Below, one piece after another: positions 47,038-56,789 of a stretch of DNA of 64,000 bases (within the stretch, counting starts at the first letter, position 1; every line of letters begins with the position of its first letter). The translations under genes and the position numbers were made by a program. The stretch comes from a virus. A model generated the notes under the pieces. The model had not been told where the DNA came from. It saw only the letters and a list, made by a program, of their open reading frames with translations, and searched no databases. The stretch is taken from positions 40,859 through 104,858 of the IMG/VR virus record IMGVR_UViG_3300037189_014399; one strand, written 5' to 3'.

Positions 47038-48114
47038 TTAGTTGGTTTCTGCAATAATTACAGACTGGTCAGTAATTAGACCAAGACCGTAGATTGCGTA
47101 CCAAGCAAGTGCGTGCTCACGACCGAAGTCCAAGATACCGCCGTCACGAAGTTCCACAGGAAGTGAAATAGCGTGACCGAATGCGTTATCACCGATAAAG
47201 ATTGCTGAGTAGCGATCTGAACCGCCGTTACCTGTCTTGGTTGTTGGAGATGTGTATCCACCACCAGTTGGGTAAACGATTGATCCTGGAGCAACAGCTG
47301 AGTCAGTTGTGTAGTTTGTACCAGCTCCACCTGGGACCTTCTGGATCTGTGTTGTCTCAATGAATACTACGTCGTACAAACGACCGATTTCACCAAGCAT
47401 GAAGTTTCCTGGAGCAGCGTACTTAGTGACTTCAATAAATTCTGGATTGTCACGGAGCTTACGGCTCTGGTGTGGGTGTACGAATGCAACGTATGTCTCG
47501 CCAAGACGTGGGATGTTCTTGGTTGCGAGGGTCTCGACTGCGTCCTTAACAGTTGCAGTTGTGAGAGCGAAGTTGCCGGTCATTGAAGCTCGTGATGAGC
47601 CCTTTGTGCCGTAGTCGTACCAGTTATTGACTGCGTTAGCAGATGTGCGGTCATAACCGTAGATAACTGAAGATGCGGCCATGAGTGTGTCACGAGCCTG
47701 TCCATCTAGGTATAGGGCCATGTTGCGGCCAAGTAGACGAGAAGCAGAAGCCATCACGTCATCGAATGATGCGTTGAGGAGCAATTCAGAAACGGCAATG
47801 CCATATCCGTGCTCTGCAACGGTGATTGAGAACTGCTGTGCTGTCAAAGCGTTAGTTGTCATACGGACACCTTCAACAAGTGCTGAAGCGAATCCGAGGT
47901 TGTTATAACGCATGAAGTTGATCTGGAGACCAGGTGCGACATTCAATTCAGTCTTCTTAACAGCGAACTGTTCGAAGCGTAGGATTGGCATGGACTGGAA
48001 CAAGATTTCCTTGGACCAGATGACCTGGATCGCCTGTGTAAGCTGGCTATTAGCGCCAGAATACGCTGTTGGGGCAGCGGCTAAATTGCCGGTACCAGTT
48101 ACGGCTGATGCCAT
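47038..48114 (-). CDS. major capsid protein (N4-gp56 / Bxz1-like family)
   Basis: WSKEILFQSMPILRFEQFAVKK, VAEHG, VHPHQ, GEIGRLYDVVFIET, DFGREHALAWY; strong codon bias; follows scaffold. Confidence 0.93.
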   Translation of the reverse strand: MASAVTGTGNLAAAPTAYSGANSQLTQAIQVIWSKEILFQSMPILRFEQFAVKKTELNVAPGLQINFMRYNNLGFASALVEGVRMTTNALTAQQFSITVAEHGYGIAVSELLLNASFDDVMASASRLLGRNMALYLDGQARDTLMAASSVIYGYDRTSANAVNNWYDYGTKGSSRASMTGNFALTTATVKDAVETLATKNIPRLGETYVAFVHPHQSRKLRDNPEFIEVTKYAAPGNFMLGEIGRLYDVVFIETTQIQKVPGGAGTNYTTDSAVAPGSIVYPTGGGYTSPTTKTGNGGSDRYSAIFIGDNAFGHAISLPVELRDGGILDFGREHALAWYAIYGLGLITDQSVIIAETN

Positions 48115-48158
48115 GTCGGTTTTACTCCTTAGTTAGTTAATTAACGAACTTGAACTTC

Positions 48159-48938
48159 TTATCCGAATATTCCCTTATTGCCATTTGATGATGCTTTTCC
48201 AAGCAGTCTCGAACGGTATTTTGCGTACTCGGTAACCGACATTGCAGAAATATCTTCTGCAGTGAACTGTTGTTGATCCGAATTGGTGTCCAAGGGTCCG
48301 GAGGCGGGCGCAGTGATGCGACTGCCAGTCATTTCTTTACGAGCAGACTGCATAGCCTGCTGCGTATTGTCAAGGATACGCGAGGTGCGATCCTTAAGTC
48401 CTGCAATGCTCTGCTCAATTTCTTCTGGAGTATTTCCAGTAATGAGGTCAAGCAATTCAGGAAGAACATTGTCTCGCTCCTGGGCGAGGCGAGCTGAACG
48501 GTATTCATTGAGTTCTGCTAGCTGACGTTCCTTCTCTAGTAGGCTAAGTGCCTGCTGGCGATCTCTACGTTCTTGCTCTAGCTTCTCTGCCCATTCTTTT
48601 TCTTTAGCTTCTAAAAGCTGACGCACATCCATTTCAGCTTCTGCCTTCTTCTTAGCTTCTTCCTCTGCTGCGAATCGGGCTGCTTCAATTTCTTGCTGAC
48701 GTGCGCTATGTTCTGACTCAATTGAAGTTACTTTGCTCTTTAATGACTCAATAGTGTCATAGAGCTTGTTCTTCTCACGAGCTGTAACATCTTCACGAAT
48801 CTTACGTACATCTTCTTCGGTGTACGTACGAGATGTGGTCTTAACTGGAGTTACCAGTTCTTCGGTAGCTTGTGGGACATCCTGTAAGAATGCCTGCTGA
48901 GCTACTTCTGTCTCAACTACATTTGTTGTTTCTGACAT
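48159..48938 (-). CDS. capsid scaffolding protein
   Basis: Glu/Lys coiled coil between portal and capsid; C-terminal MSVTEYAKYR. Confidence 0.85.
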   Translation of the reverse strand: MSETTNVVETEVAQQAFLQDVPQATEELVTPVKTTSRTYTEEDVRKIREDVTAREKNKLYDTIESLKSKVTSIESEHSARQQEIEAARFAAEEEAKKKAEAEMDVRQLLEAKEKEWAEKLEQERRDRQQALSLLEKERQLAELNEYRSARLAQERDNVLPELLDLITGNTPEEIEQSIAGLKDRTSRILDNTQQAMQSARKEMTGSRITAPASGPLDTNSDQQQFTAEDISAMSVTEYAKYRSRLLGKASSNGNKGIFG

Positions 48939-49013
48939 GATTATTCCTTAGGTGTAAGAGGTCGTTCTCCGAATAAGTAACACGATGACCTGCGGATTAT
49001 TTCGAGTACGTAT

Positions 49014-49042
49014 AGGTTTTCAAAATATAGCTATTTTGTCAG
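49014..49042 (-). promoter_or_regulatory. candidate promoter CTGACA-17-AAACCT for scaffold-capsid genes
   Basis: Intergenic; same -35 and spacing as 23902-23930. Confidence 0.45.
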
Positions 49043-49048
49043 CCTAAA

Positions 49049-50761
49049 CTAGTTATCCCCATACTTCTGCTGCTCGTCTGGAGAGCGTCGTTGAGGAATC
49101 TTTGTTCCATAGGCTTTTGTAACCAGATCGGTTGCAAGAGCTTCAATGGTTTCAGCTTCAAACGGAGTAATAACCCCAGCTTGACCGTCTGGTCCAGGAC
49201 CAACTCCGGCACCGGCATCTCCCATACCTGGACCAGGTTCTACTCCAGCATCTGCTGGGGCGTATCCGGTTAGGGAGGTTATAGCTGAAATTATCTGTGA
49301 TTTCATTAGCTGGAGTGCGCCATCTGCCTTGGCATCCTCGATAAGCTCGGTACGAATCTCTTCGAGCTTCTCGTCTGGGAACTCCTCGCCTAGGGTACGT
49401 AGGGCACCCTTTCTTGACTCAAGGTTTAGCTGCATCATCTGTTGAACTTCACTAAGAACGATTAGCTTATCTAGAGGAAGTGGCTGTGGGAAGTGAATAG
49501 TAGATTCATAAGTTAAAGGATCTGAAGGATCTAGAACTGGTCGTTGATCTTCACGAAGTGGTCCGTTAAAGTCTGGGTTCCAGGTAAACATCTCTGGCTC
49601 TTTAAACCCAATTGTTAGAAGAATCAGTTCATTGATCTTCTTAATACCCTCGCTGTATTGAACAATCTTTTGATTAAAGCGATTCATCAACGGCTGATAC
49701 TGAATTGAAAGTGCAACACCTGAAGTATTAGAGATAGGTTGTACCTGTCCAAGCGCTGTCTCTGGAACACCCATCATCTCGTGCATTGATCGCTTAACGA
49801 TCTCTAGATACTGAAGTGCACCCTGTAAACCTTGTCCGCCACCTTCTAGGTTAAATACTTGTGCATCCTTAGGCAAACCACCCCAAACTTTCTTAGGGCC
49901 TTTTTCTAGTGATGATGCTTTAGCTCCAGTAATAACTGTAACCGGTGCTGCGTGATAATTAATAATGTCTGCAATATCAGTTGCAACTTCGTTATAGTTG
50001 CGGTTAAGAACAATGATGTCGTGGCAATCAGCTAGTCCCCATGGAGAACCTGATACACGAACGTTTGCAATATGAACGATAGGAACTACGCCAATTGGGT
50101 TTGGACGTGAGTCAATTAGTTCATCATTGATGTATTCTTCGATGCGATCATCGGTAAGGATTTCGGTATATGTGTATACCTGACGAGTACCCTCCAGTGA
50201 AGTTCCCCAGAAACGATACTTCAGCTTAAACCGGATAAGGCGGGAGCGATCGTGTGGGTGAAACTCTGGGAAACAGAAAGATGCATTAAGTGGAAGGATT
50301 CTTACCTTACCTGGATGTACACGACCGGTAGGATCTGGATAGGATTCTTCATACGCTACCTTTACAAAGCAATCTCCAGATACTCCGCCTTGCTGTCCCA
50401 TTTCCCATAGAACAGTGTGCTTATTGTTATCTGTTTCCCATACACGCTTTAAGATGTCTGGAACGATTGCTTCGGTTTCGTAAGGACTGCGGAATGTAAC
50501 TCCACGATTAAAACAAAAGTTAATAATGTAATCAGTAAATGCTCTGTAATAGTTATAAACCATCTGTGCATCACCGATCTCACGACGGTATGCCCAGTGG
50601 TGACCAAGATACATGGCCCAGTTAAGTGAATAGCGGTTTAGTCGAGGACCGTGAACTTCAAACTCTTCATCAGCGAGTTCAACAAGGCCCAGTGGAGAAA
50701 TAGAGATTGTTAAGTCAGACGACGCCGCTCTATACGACGGAGGACTAAAATCAATGCTCAT
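49049..50761 (-). CDS. portal protein (SPP1 gp6-like)
   Basis: VYNYYRAFTD, NPIGVVPIVH, SGVAL..QYQPL; lies between terminase and scaffold. Confidence 0.9.
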   Translation of the reverse strand: MSIDFSPPSYRAASSDLTISISPLGLVELADEEFEVHGPRLNRYSLNWAMYLGHHWAYRREIGDAQMVYNYYRAFTDYIINFCFNRGVTFRSPYETEAIVPDILKRVWETDNNKHTVLWEMGQQGGVSGDCFVKVAYEESYPDPTGRVHPGKVRILPLNASFCFPEFHPHDRSRLIRFKLKYRFWGTSLEGTRQVYTYTEILTDDRIEEYINDELIDSRPNPIGVVPIVHIANVRVSGSPWGLADCHDIIVLNRNYNEVATDIADIINYHAAPVTVITGAKASSLEKGPKKVWGGLPKDAQVFNLEGGGQGLQGALQYLEIVKRSMHEMMGVPETALGQVQPISNTSGVALSIQYQPLMNRFNQKIVQYSEGIKKINELILLTIGFKEPEMFTWNPDFNGPLREDQRPVLDPSDPLTYESTIHFPQPLPLDKLIVLSEVQQMMQLNLESRKGALRTLGEEFPDEKLEEIRTELIEDAKADGALQLMKSQIISAITSLTGYAPADAGVEPGPGMGDAGAGVGPGPDGQAGVITPFEAETIEALATDLVTKAYGTKIPQRRSPDEQQKYGDN

Positions 50762-50763
50762 TG

Positions 50764-51018
50764 TTATCCGATTCTGTTTTCACGTTTTGCTTTAGCAACA
50801 CGAGCTTTTTTCTTCTTTACTGCTTCAGTCTTTAGATCACGCATCTTAGGTGGTACATCTTTTTTAGATGGAACGTATTGTCCACCCTCTCGCATATATT
50901 CTTTTCTTGCTTCACGATTAGCTGCAAAGCTTGACTTTCCATTTCTTGACGGATAACGTGCCTGCATTCTTTTTAGAATGTTATTCCAGAGTACTTGATT
51001 CTCTGGTACGTCAGCCAT
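50764..51018 (-). CDS. basic hypothetical protein
   Basis: 84 aa; EY..EGG.Y motif; basic tail. Confidence 0.65.
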   Translation of the reverse strand: MADVPENQVLWNNILKRMQARYPSRNGKSSFAANREARKEYMREGGQYVPSKKDVPPKMRDLKTEAVKKKKARVAKAKRENRIG

Positions 51019-51031
51019 TTTATCCCCTAAG

Positions 51032-51082
51032 AAAGAAAAGGTTCCCTGGTTCTTGAAAGCAGTAAAAAGAACCAGGGACCTT
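51032..51082 (-). terminator. intrinsic terminator
   Basis: TCCCTGGTTCTT/AAGAACCAGGGA stem with a T-rich tail on the minus strand. Confidence 0.7.
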
Positions 51083-51095
51083 AAGTATATCCTAT

Positions 51096-51494
51096 TTAGT
51101 CGTTAACCTCTGCAGGGTTGATGCGCTGATAGCGTGATCCACTGCGGGCTACTTCTTCAAAGCTAGCTTCTGCATAATCCTGAAAGTTACCCTGTGAAAA
51201 CTCATTTAGATAAGTTGGGGCTTCTACCCAGGCTGCTGAACCAACGTGAGCACGTTCGCTCATGGTTTCTGCTGCTGGCTTTTCAAACACGTTCATGTTG
51301 TGGTTAGGACGACCGGCTGGTGTGTCGTAACCCTGTGTTAGACCTAGTTCAAAATCATTTGGAACATCGGTATCTGTTGCAATGCCCTCTTCAAAACGAA
51401 GTGGACCACGAAGGCCAGTCTGAGCTGCGCTCATCTTGCGCTCGTATACAGTTCCTTCACGTTCTGGGAACTGTGGGTTTGGGGCGATAGTCAT
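51096..51494 (-). CDS. head-module protein of unknown function
   Basis: AGGAG RBS, biased codons, located between terminase and portal. Confidence 0.7.
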   Translation of the reverse strand: MTIAPNPQFPEREGTVYERKMSAAQTGLRGPLRFEEGIATDTDVPNDFELGLTQGYDTPAGRPNHNMNVFEKPAAETMSERAHVGSAAWVEAPTYLNEFSQGNFQDYAEASFEEVARSGSRYQRINPAEVND

Positions 51495-51572
51495 TGTTAC
51501 TCCTTATAAGGTTTGAGGATCCTCAGGTAATATTCTGATACCTGTAAGGACATTTTTCTCAATAAACGTAAA

Positions 51573-53225
51573 TTATTTAAAGAACGGGCTAGCTGAAACC
51601 TCAATAGTCGGCATAACTAACTCTTGGGTTAGAGAGCAGGCTAGAGACAAGGAATCAACGTAATCATCATGGGCATGGGCTTCATCTGGGGCTTCAACTA
51701 GGAAGTTTGGACCTTTGTACTTAACTTCTGCATCTGTCATTTGCTGGTAAAACCGCTTCCAGTTACGGAGGCGTCTTGTCTTAGCATGGGCTGGCCAAGA
51801 GATCATTTGACGTTGAATTAGAGCCTGGAGGTGCTTCCAACGCTTGGACTGTTCTCCTGGACTAGATGAGATTGGAATGATCTCAGCTCTAGGCATTAAA
51901 ATCTTTAATCGGTCAGCAACAGCATCACCAACACCATTTGTATCTACAGCTATGGCCATAACGTCATAGCTTTCTAAGAAGTTAACAATTTGGAAGTATT
52001 GCTCTTCCCAGTCATCTCCCTGAATTTCTAACCAGTTAAGAATTCTATGATCGTAGTATCCATACTCATCTGGCCTATCCCAGTCAACCCAGACCACGGT
52101 TACTACGGTTGAGTCCATCTTACGAGCCGGATCTATGCCCACGACTACGGGTGATCGGTGCCAAGACTTTACAATTTCTGAAGAAGTATCCCCAAGATCA
52201 TCCATAGCACTGGATGTAATAAACATTCCTCGCTCTAGCAACCACTTGCAGTTGTATGAGATCTGGAACTCATCTGAGTCTTCTCCAATACGAAGCATCT
52301 CTTTCTTAATGAACTTCTCATAGTTCTCGTTAAACTTTGCTACATCTTTCCAATCCCATTGAAAATGATTCTGTTTGGCATTACGTCCTGAGTTCTGACG
52401 TCGCTTATTTAGTTGAATCGCTCTGTAGAAGTTATTTTTAGAAGTTGTCGGCGTACCCGTCTTAACCATCGTAGCGTTATAGTAAGCTCCCATAGGAGCA
52501 ATAGATTTAGAAACAATAAAATCGTCGGCCTCCTGACACTCATCAATTACCATTAGGTGAAAAGATTTAGATTCAATCTTTGCACGTGGGTTAGCAGTCA
52601 TCATCATAAGTTGAGAGCCTGAGTTCTTTAACTTAATATTTCTTGTCACCCCCGCCATCTTGGTGACAGAATCATCAATCTCCGCATCTCCCAGAATTGC
52701 TAGGGCATGCTCACTAGTCAATCGAGATACGGTACGTGAATATAGGGTTTCAGCCTGTGCTTGGATGGGAGCAAACATACCTACCCAAAGGCCATCTCTG
52801 AACTTGCCTAATAGATCTGGGTACATTCGTGCAAGGCGTGGCAGTAGGACCATTAGAGTTGCCACAACATCTGCCACAGTCTCAGACTTTCCTGACTGAC
52901 GAGCAGCTAATGCTGTGATCTCTTCTCCATCATTGATAATGACGGATTCAATAATTCTTCTAGCTAACGGTTTTTGATACGGGTGAAGGTCATGGCCCAC
53001 AAGTAGTACCAAAAACTCCATAACTTTATCAACAAGCTGTAATACAAATTCTTTAGAGAGTTCATCAAGCTCTTCTTCTTCGTGGAGTTCTTCAAACTCG
53101 TCTTCTTCTCCAAAAGATTCATTTGGGCCATTAGAGACGAGGCTATCCAACTCAGGCGTATCAAAGTCGCCCTCTTCATCAAAGTCTTGAAAATCAAAGT
53201 CATCTCTCATTCTTTGTTCTTTCAT
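51573..53225 (-). CDS. terminase large subunit
   Basis: ARQSGKS, VIDECQE, TGT, VGIDPA (RNase H-like nuclease), HDDYVDS; acidic N-terminal extension (start may be 53210). Confidence 0.93.
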   Translation of the reverse strand: MKEQRMRDDFDFQDFDEEGDFDTPELDSLVSNGPNESFGEEDEFEELHEEEELDELSKEFVLQLVDKVMEFLVLLVGHDLHPYQKPLARRIIESVIINDGEEITALAARQSGKSETVADVVATLMVLLPRLARMYPDLLGKFRDGLWVGMFAPIQAQAETLYSRTVSRLTSEHALAILGDAEIDDSVTKMAGVTRNIKLKNSGSQLMMMTANPRAKIESKSFHLMVIDECQEADDFIVSKSIAPMGAYYNATMVKTGTPTTSKNNFYRAIQLNKRRQNSGRNAKQNHFQWDWKDVAKFNENYEKFIKKEMLRIGEDSDEFQISYNCKWLLERGMFITSSAMDDLGDTSSEIVKSWHRSPVVVGIDPARKMDSTVVTVVWVDWDRPDEYGYYDHRILNWLEIQGDDWEEQYFQIVNFLESYDVMAIAVDTNGVGDAVADRLKILMPRAEIIPISSSPGEQSKRWKHLQALIQRQMISWPAHAKTRRLRNWKRFYQQMTDAEVKYKGPNFLVEAPDEAHAHDDYVDSLSLACSLTQELVMPTIEVSASPFFK

Positions 53226-53439
53226 GCAATGTTGTAGTGATGGCCATCAGAGCCTCTGCTCCAATTTTAGCCTCTTCTAGATAAAAAGGGTCTTGATTAC
53301 GTTGCCAAAGAGAGAGGTTACGACTAACAGCATAGACGCTAGATTCAGACCAACCTATAAGTTCTGAGGTTGGAAGAGAAGAAGCTCGTCTTTCTATTTT
53401 AGACTTTGGTCTTTCTTCTCTAGTTCTTCTTCTAAACAT
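53200..53439 (-). CDS. hypothetical protein
   Basis: Helical 79-aa ORF immediately upstream of terminase. Confidence 0.6.
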   Translation of the reverse strand: MFRRRTREERPKSKIERRASSLPTSELIGWSESSVYAVSRNLSLWQRNQDPFYLEEAKIGAEALMAITTTLHERTKNER

Positions 53440-53723
53440 TCGTCTGCTCCGTATCGTATGAAATCCCAGTTTACTTCTTCATTCATTAGGCCTCTGCCAT
53501 TTATGGCGTATGTAAGACCTTGGCTCTCAGTATATCCTGTTTTTTTCCATACCCCTAAAACCAAAGCCTTTTTAGTAAAGGGGGCCCGAATAGATACTCC
53601 GTATCCCTTACGATACTGTCCCTCGATCTCTTGACTAAAAGCACGCTCAATTAGTCCACGAGGTTTTACAGGATAGGTTAGGGGATGGCAATAAAAGGGC
53701 CCTAGATCTTTAGTGGCTGCCAC
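53394..53723 (-). CDS. hypothetical protein
   Basis: Coupled ORF within the operon. Confidence 0.6.
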   Translation of the reverse strand: MAATKDLGPFYCHPLTYPVKPRGLIERAFSQEIEGQYRKGYGVSIRAPFTKKALVLGVWKKTGYTESQGLTYAINGRGLMNEEVNWDFIRYGADECLEEELEKKDQSLK

Positions 53724-54499
53724 TATTCACTCCACTTTCCATTTAAGCCCTCATCAAGGATCGGTGCCCTGTATCCGGTTCTTTTATACTCTTTAAATGC
53801 CTTGTCATAATCTGAAAAGAATTGCTTTTGCTTACGTGCCGCTTCTTGTGTTTGTTTGAGGGAATAGGCCTCAGCTTGAAGGCTTCTACTAAGAAGCCAA
53901 GTCTTCTGACGTATTTCTTCAGGAAAGTCACTAGTATCTGCAGGTCCACGTGGGTGTGTATCTAAAAATTCTTTTATTACTGGTCCCTTACTTGTTTCTC
54001 CATGAAACAGATCCCACTCATCCATGCTGCACTCGTAATAGTTATAAACAGTTCCGTCTCTGAACATAATGGTTATAACTTGTCGCTCAGGATCATATGC
54101 TGCTGCGACAGTTCTTGGACGTGCTGCATTGGACGTGGATGTAGGAACCTCTGTGTAGTCACTACCAAACCCAGCGTTTCCATAGATTAGTTGACCACCA
54201 GGACCGGCTTCACCTGCCTCTGGAAACACGTAGAGAGGATTACCTAGATCAGCACCATACTCTGATGCCCTAGTTGAATCAACAGCTAGTTCATCAATAA
54301 TGTCCATAGCGTATGTATCCATAGGCTTTGTTACATCGTGACGACCTCGAGCCATTCTATTTAATAAGTCTTGAGGTATATTTTGTTGAACGGCTTGTTG
54401 ATACAACTCATTGTCGTTCTTAGGAGCTAAACTGCTTCGCAGTTCTCTCTCAAGACGTTTCTCTCTAGATGATGCTCTAGAAGATTTAAAGTTACGCAT
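53723..54499 (-). CDS. KTSC-domain protein
   Basis: AAAYDPERQVITIMFRDGTVYNYY......W..F....SKG. Confidence 0.8.
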   Translation of the reverse strand: MRNFKSSRASSREKRLERELRSSLAPKNDNELYQQAVQQNIPQDLLNRMARGRHDVTKPMDTYAMDIIDELAVDSTRASEYGADLGNPLYVFPEAGEAGPGGQLIYGNAGFGSDYTEVPTSTSNAARPRTVAAAYDPERQVITIMFRDGTVYNYYECSMDEWDLFHGETSKGPVIKEFLDTHPRGPADTSDFPEEIRQKTWLLSRSLQAEAYSLKQTQEAARKQKQFFSDYDKAFKEYKRTGYRAPILDEGLNGKWSE

Positions 54500-54755
54500 T
54501 ACAGATATGTGTCTCTAACTGTGTGTCGGGAACAACCTCACCACAGTCATCACATGAGAACCACTTAACAGGAGAGAAGTTATTCTGTGCAGTACCTTCT
54601 AAAGCGTCCTGCAAGTTTCCATCTTCTCCTTGACGAGGATAATCATAGATAACTTTAGGTTGTTGAAGTAGCTCTGGTGGAAATGGTCCATTTGGACGAT
54701 GAGCTTTAGCAGGTATTGGATGTCCCTGCTTTGTGATGATTCTCTCAATTTTCAC
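54492..54755 (-). CDS. protein with C-terminal zinc finger
   Basis: CDDC...H.C. Confidence 0.65.
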   Translation of the reverse strand: MKIERIITKQGHPIPAKAHRPNGPFPPELLQQPKVIYDYPRQGEDGNLQDALEGTAQNNFSPVKWFSCDDCGEVVPDTQLETHICNA

Positions 54756-54978
54756 TAGCTTCAGCCTTCAAGGCTTCTGCATTTTTAATATCCGCTTCTT
54801 TTTTAGTTTCCGCTTCTCGTTTAAAGTCAGCCTTCTTATCTAAGCGTGGAAGTGTGCCTTCTACTGCTGCTTTACGCAAGAACCATGGGAGATCTAGATC
54901 ACAGAATACTTGAGTTTGTGCGCCCTTTGTCTCTACAAGCCAAATTGCCTCATTTACGCAATTTAAACATTTTGCCAT
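54745..54978 (-). CDS. small zinc-binding protein
   Basis: CLNC...FC..DLP; GAGG RBS. Confidence 0.65.
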   Translation of the reverse strand: MAKCLNCVNEAIWLVETKGAQTQVFCDLDLPWFLRKAAVEGTLPRLDKKADFKREAETKKEADIKNAEALKAEASEN

Positions 54979-54995
54979 TTTAATACCTCTCTAAG

Positions 54996-55025
54996 TTGAG
55001 TTGCCCCTGTATTTACTGCTATGGT
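54996..55025 (+). promoter_or_regulatory. sigma70-type promoter TTGAGT-18-TATGGT (extended TG)
   Basis: Predicts a start at about 55032, exactly where a perfect hairpin begins. Confidence 0.55.
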
Positions 55026-55031
55026 TTATCC

Positions 55032-55168
55032 ATGACCAGGAAACTGGTCATACGCATCCAGTAAGTATAACGGGGTTGCAGGTAGGTTCGGTAGACATAG
55101 ACCGCACCGCCGATAGGCAAGTGACAGTTGTCAGTCGGTTCAAACCTGGCCCTCTAGACCCAGGGGAT
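55032..55168 (+). ncRNA. candidate structured 5' leader RNA
   Basis: ATGACCAG-GAAA-CTGGTCAT, plus nested stems AGGTT/AACCT, CGGT/ACCG, GCCGAT/GTCGGT, TGAC/GTCA and CCCT/AGGG over the RBS. Confidence 0.45.
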
Positions 55169-55171
55169 ACC

Positions 55172-55708
55172 GTGAATTATAGTGCAAAACTTAAGATCAT
55201 CACTGCGTTACTCGTATTTACACTGCCAGTAACCATAGACACAGCTTGGCCGGCTGATCCTTCAGGCCAAACAGATGGGGCTACAGTTACATCTGTAGTT
55301 AACCCTCTTGATAAATATCGTGGAGCAAAAGAGCTCTCAGAAACAGACCTTGTAGACCTATTAAAGCTAGTTGGCTTTACAGGTAAGTCCTTAAAGGTGG
55401 CATGGGCTACCGTTATGAAGGAATCTCGAGGTCATCCTCTATCCCACAATAACAATGTTAAAACAGGAGATAACTCTTATGGGTTATTCCAAATTAACAT
55501 GTTTGGGGATCTAGGCTCTATAAGACGGGATAAATTCAATCTCAAATCTAACGACGAACTGTTAGACCCAGTCACCAATGCTCAAGCTGCGTTCTATATG
55601 ACCGCACACGGAACAGACTTTGGATCATGGGGCTATGGCCCTAACGCATACGATGGAACCTCAGCAGAACCAGAGATAACAAACTGGATCGCTAAGTTTC
55701 CAAACTAG
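55172..55708 (+). CDS. secreted or membrane-anchored lytic transglycosylase (lysozyme-like)
   Basis: GTG at 55172 after GGGGA; signal-like N-terminus; ATVMKES, DNSYGLFQIN, LLDPVTNA, FGSW. Confidence 0.85.
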   Translation: MNYSAKLKIITALLVFTLPVTIDTAWPADPSGQTDGATVTSVVNPLDKYRGAKELSETDLVDLLKLVGFTGKSLKVAWATVMKESRGHPLSHNNNVKTGDNSYGLFQINMFGDLGSIRRDKFNLKSNDELLDPVTNAQAAFYMTAHGTDFGSWGYGPNAYDGTSAEPEITNWIAKFPN

Positions 55709-55717
55709 TATCAAATA

Positions 55718-55750
55718 AGAAAGGCCCCCAGTGATGGGGGCCTTTTTTAT
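55718..55750. terminator. bidirectional intrinsic terminator
   Basis: AAAGGCCCCCA-GTGA-TGGGGGCCTTTTTT between convergent genes. Confidence 0.88.
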
Positions 55751-55758
55751 TTAATCTA

Positions 55759-56340
55759 TTATCCGTTGAGGTTACCGGATGGATTTGTTGTAGCGTCGTG
55801 GAACTTATAAACAGTAATTGTGATTGAATCACCCTGGTGAATGCTAGAAGCACCGGCTGCAATGCTCTGGCTGTAAACAGTGTCGTGGTTAGCAGCTGTA
55901 GCACCAGTTGTACGTGTAGCTAGAACAACATCAAGACCTGCAAGGTGCAAGGTGTCTTCAGCTTCCTGAACTCCCTTACCGATAACGCTAGGTACAGTAA
56001 TTGTTGCTGTGCCGTCTGTACGAACTCCAGATCCGCCTGGCTGAGTTGAAATATCTGTTTGTACATCGTAACCTGGGTAGCTATTCCAGTTCTCTGCAGC
56101 GATAACGTGATTATCTGGAGATACTGTATAGGTGAGGTTATTAAGTGTTACTGAAATTGGATTTGTTGCAAGTTTTGCAGAAGCGATTGTGCCATAGTTA
56201 GTCCAACCTACGTTCTGATCTCCACCAGCTGTTACAGTCTGTGTAGGAGATGATTGACGAACGTCATCTGGTTGGATAGGCATGTTGCCCCATGCAAAGT
56301 CAATTGCGACTTCACCCTTGCTATCTACTGGATTTGTCAT
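55759..56340 (-). CDS. PASTA-domain protein (probably virion-associated)
   Basis: VPSVIGKGVQEAEDTLHLAGL...VYSQS..AG.....GDSITITVY. Confidence 0.78.
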   Translation of the reverse strand: MTNPVDSKGEVAIDFAWGNMPIQPDDVRQSSPTQTVTAGGDQNVGWTNYGTIASAKLATNPISVTLNNLTYTVSPDNHVIAAENWNSYPGYDVQTDISTQPGGSGVRTDGTATITVPSVIGKGVQEAEDTLHLAGLDVVLATRTTGATAANHDTVYSQSIAAGASSIHQGDSITITVYKFHDATTNPSGNLNG

Positions 56341-56406
56341 TTCTTACCTTTTCTCTAGAGAGGTTAAATCCCTTACGTCTAAGGGAACAGCATTAGTTTA
56401 TGTGAA

Positions 56407-56559
56407 TTATTCGTCTTCGTCTGTCTCATTGCCGGCATTTTTTGTACCGCCTGAGCTTTCAATTCTTTTCTTATTGGCAGCCAACGCTCTAGTGGCTTTG
56501 GCAATCTCTGCGTCCCAGTAGCCTTTATTAGAAGGATGTGGGGGATTTGGATGAGTCAT
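56407..56559 (-). CDS. small hypothetical protein (50 aa)
   Basis: Hand translated MTHPNPPHPSNKGYWDAEIA...DEDE; TAATG coupling. Confidence 0.65.
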   Translation of the reverse strand: MTHPNPPHPSNKGYWDAEIAKATRALAANKKRIESSGGTKNAGNETDEDE

Positions 56560-56789
56560 TAGTTACCCTTCTTTGGAGGAGTAGGTGGGGGTGGGGGTGG
56601 GGGTGCTGCTGCAGCCGCTGCGCCTCCTGATGTTCCTTTAGTCTGTGGCTTCTTAGCTTGTGTCTTTTTCTTTATAATAACATTTTCACTAGAAGATCGA
56701 TTACCTGGAGCACTACTTAAAGACCTAATAATACGATTGCCTTGACCGTCAGTCTCTCTTCCACGTCTATCGTAAAACTCAATTCCCAT
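56559..56789 (-). CDS. basic low-complexity protein with poly-Ala/poly-Pro tail
   Basis: AAAAAAPPPPPPPTPPKK; TAATG coupling. Confidence 0.65.
   Translation of the reverse strand: MGIEFYDRRGRETDGQGNRIIRSLSSAPGNRSSSENVIIKKKTQAKKPQTKGTSGGAAAAAAPPPPPPPTPPKKGN

Noticed and set aside
55032-55085. Assignment as a c-di-GMP-I or ydaO (c-di-AMP) riboswitch
   Set aside because: Only fragments match; the GGCAAA segment, the tetraloop receptor stem and the ydaO core motifs are not evident. Kept as an unassigned candidate.
55001-55171. N-terminal 57 codons of the 235-aa ORF
   Set aside because: The TTG has no RBS and overlaps the promoter; GTG 55172 has an RBS and begins a signal-like peptide.
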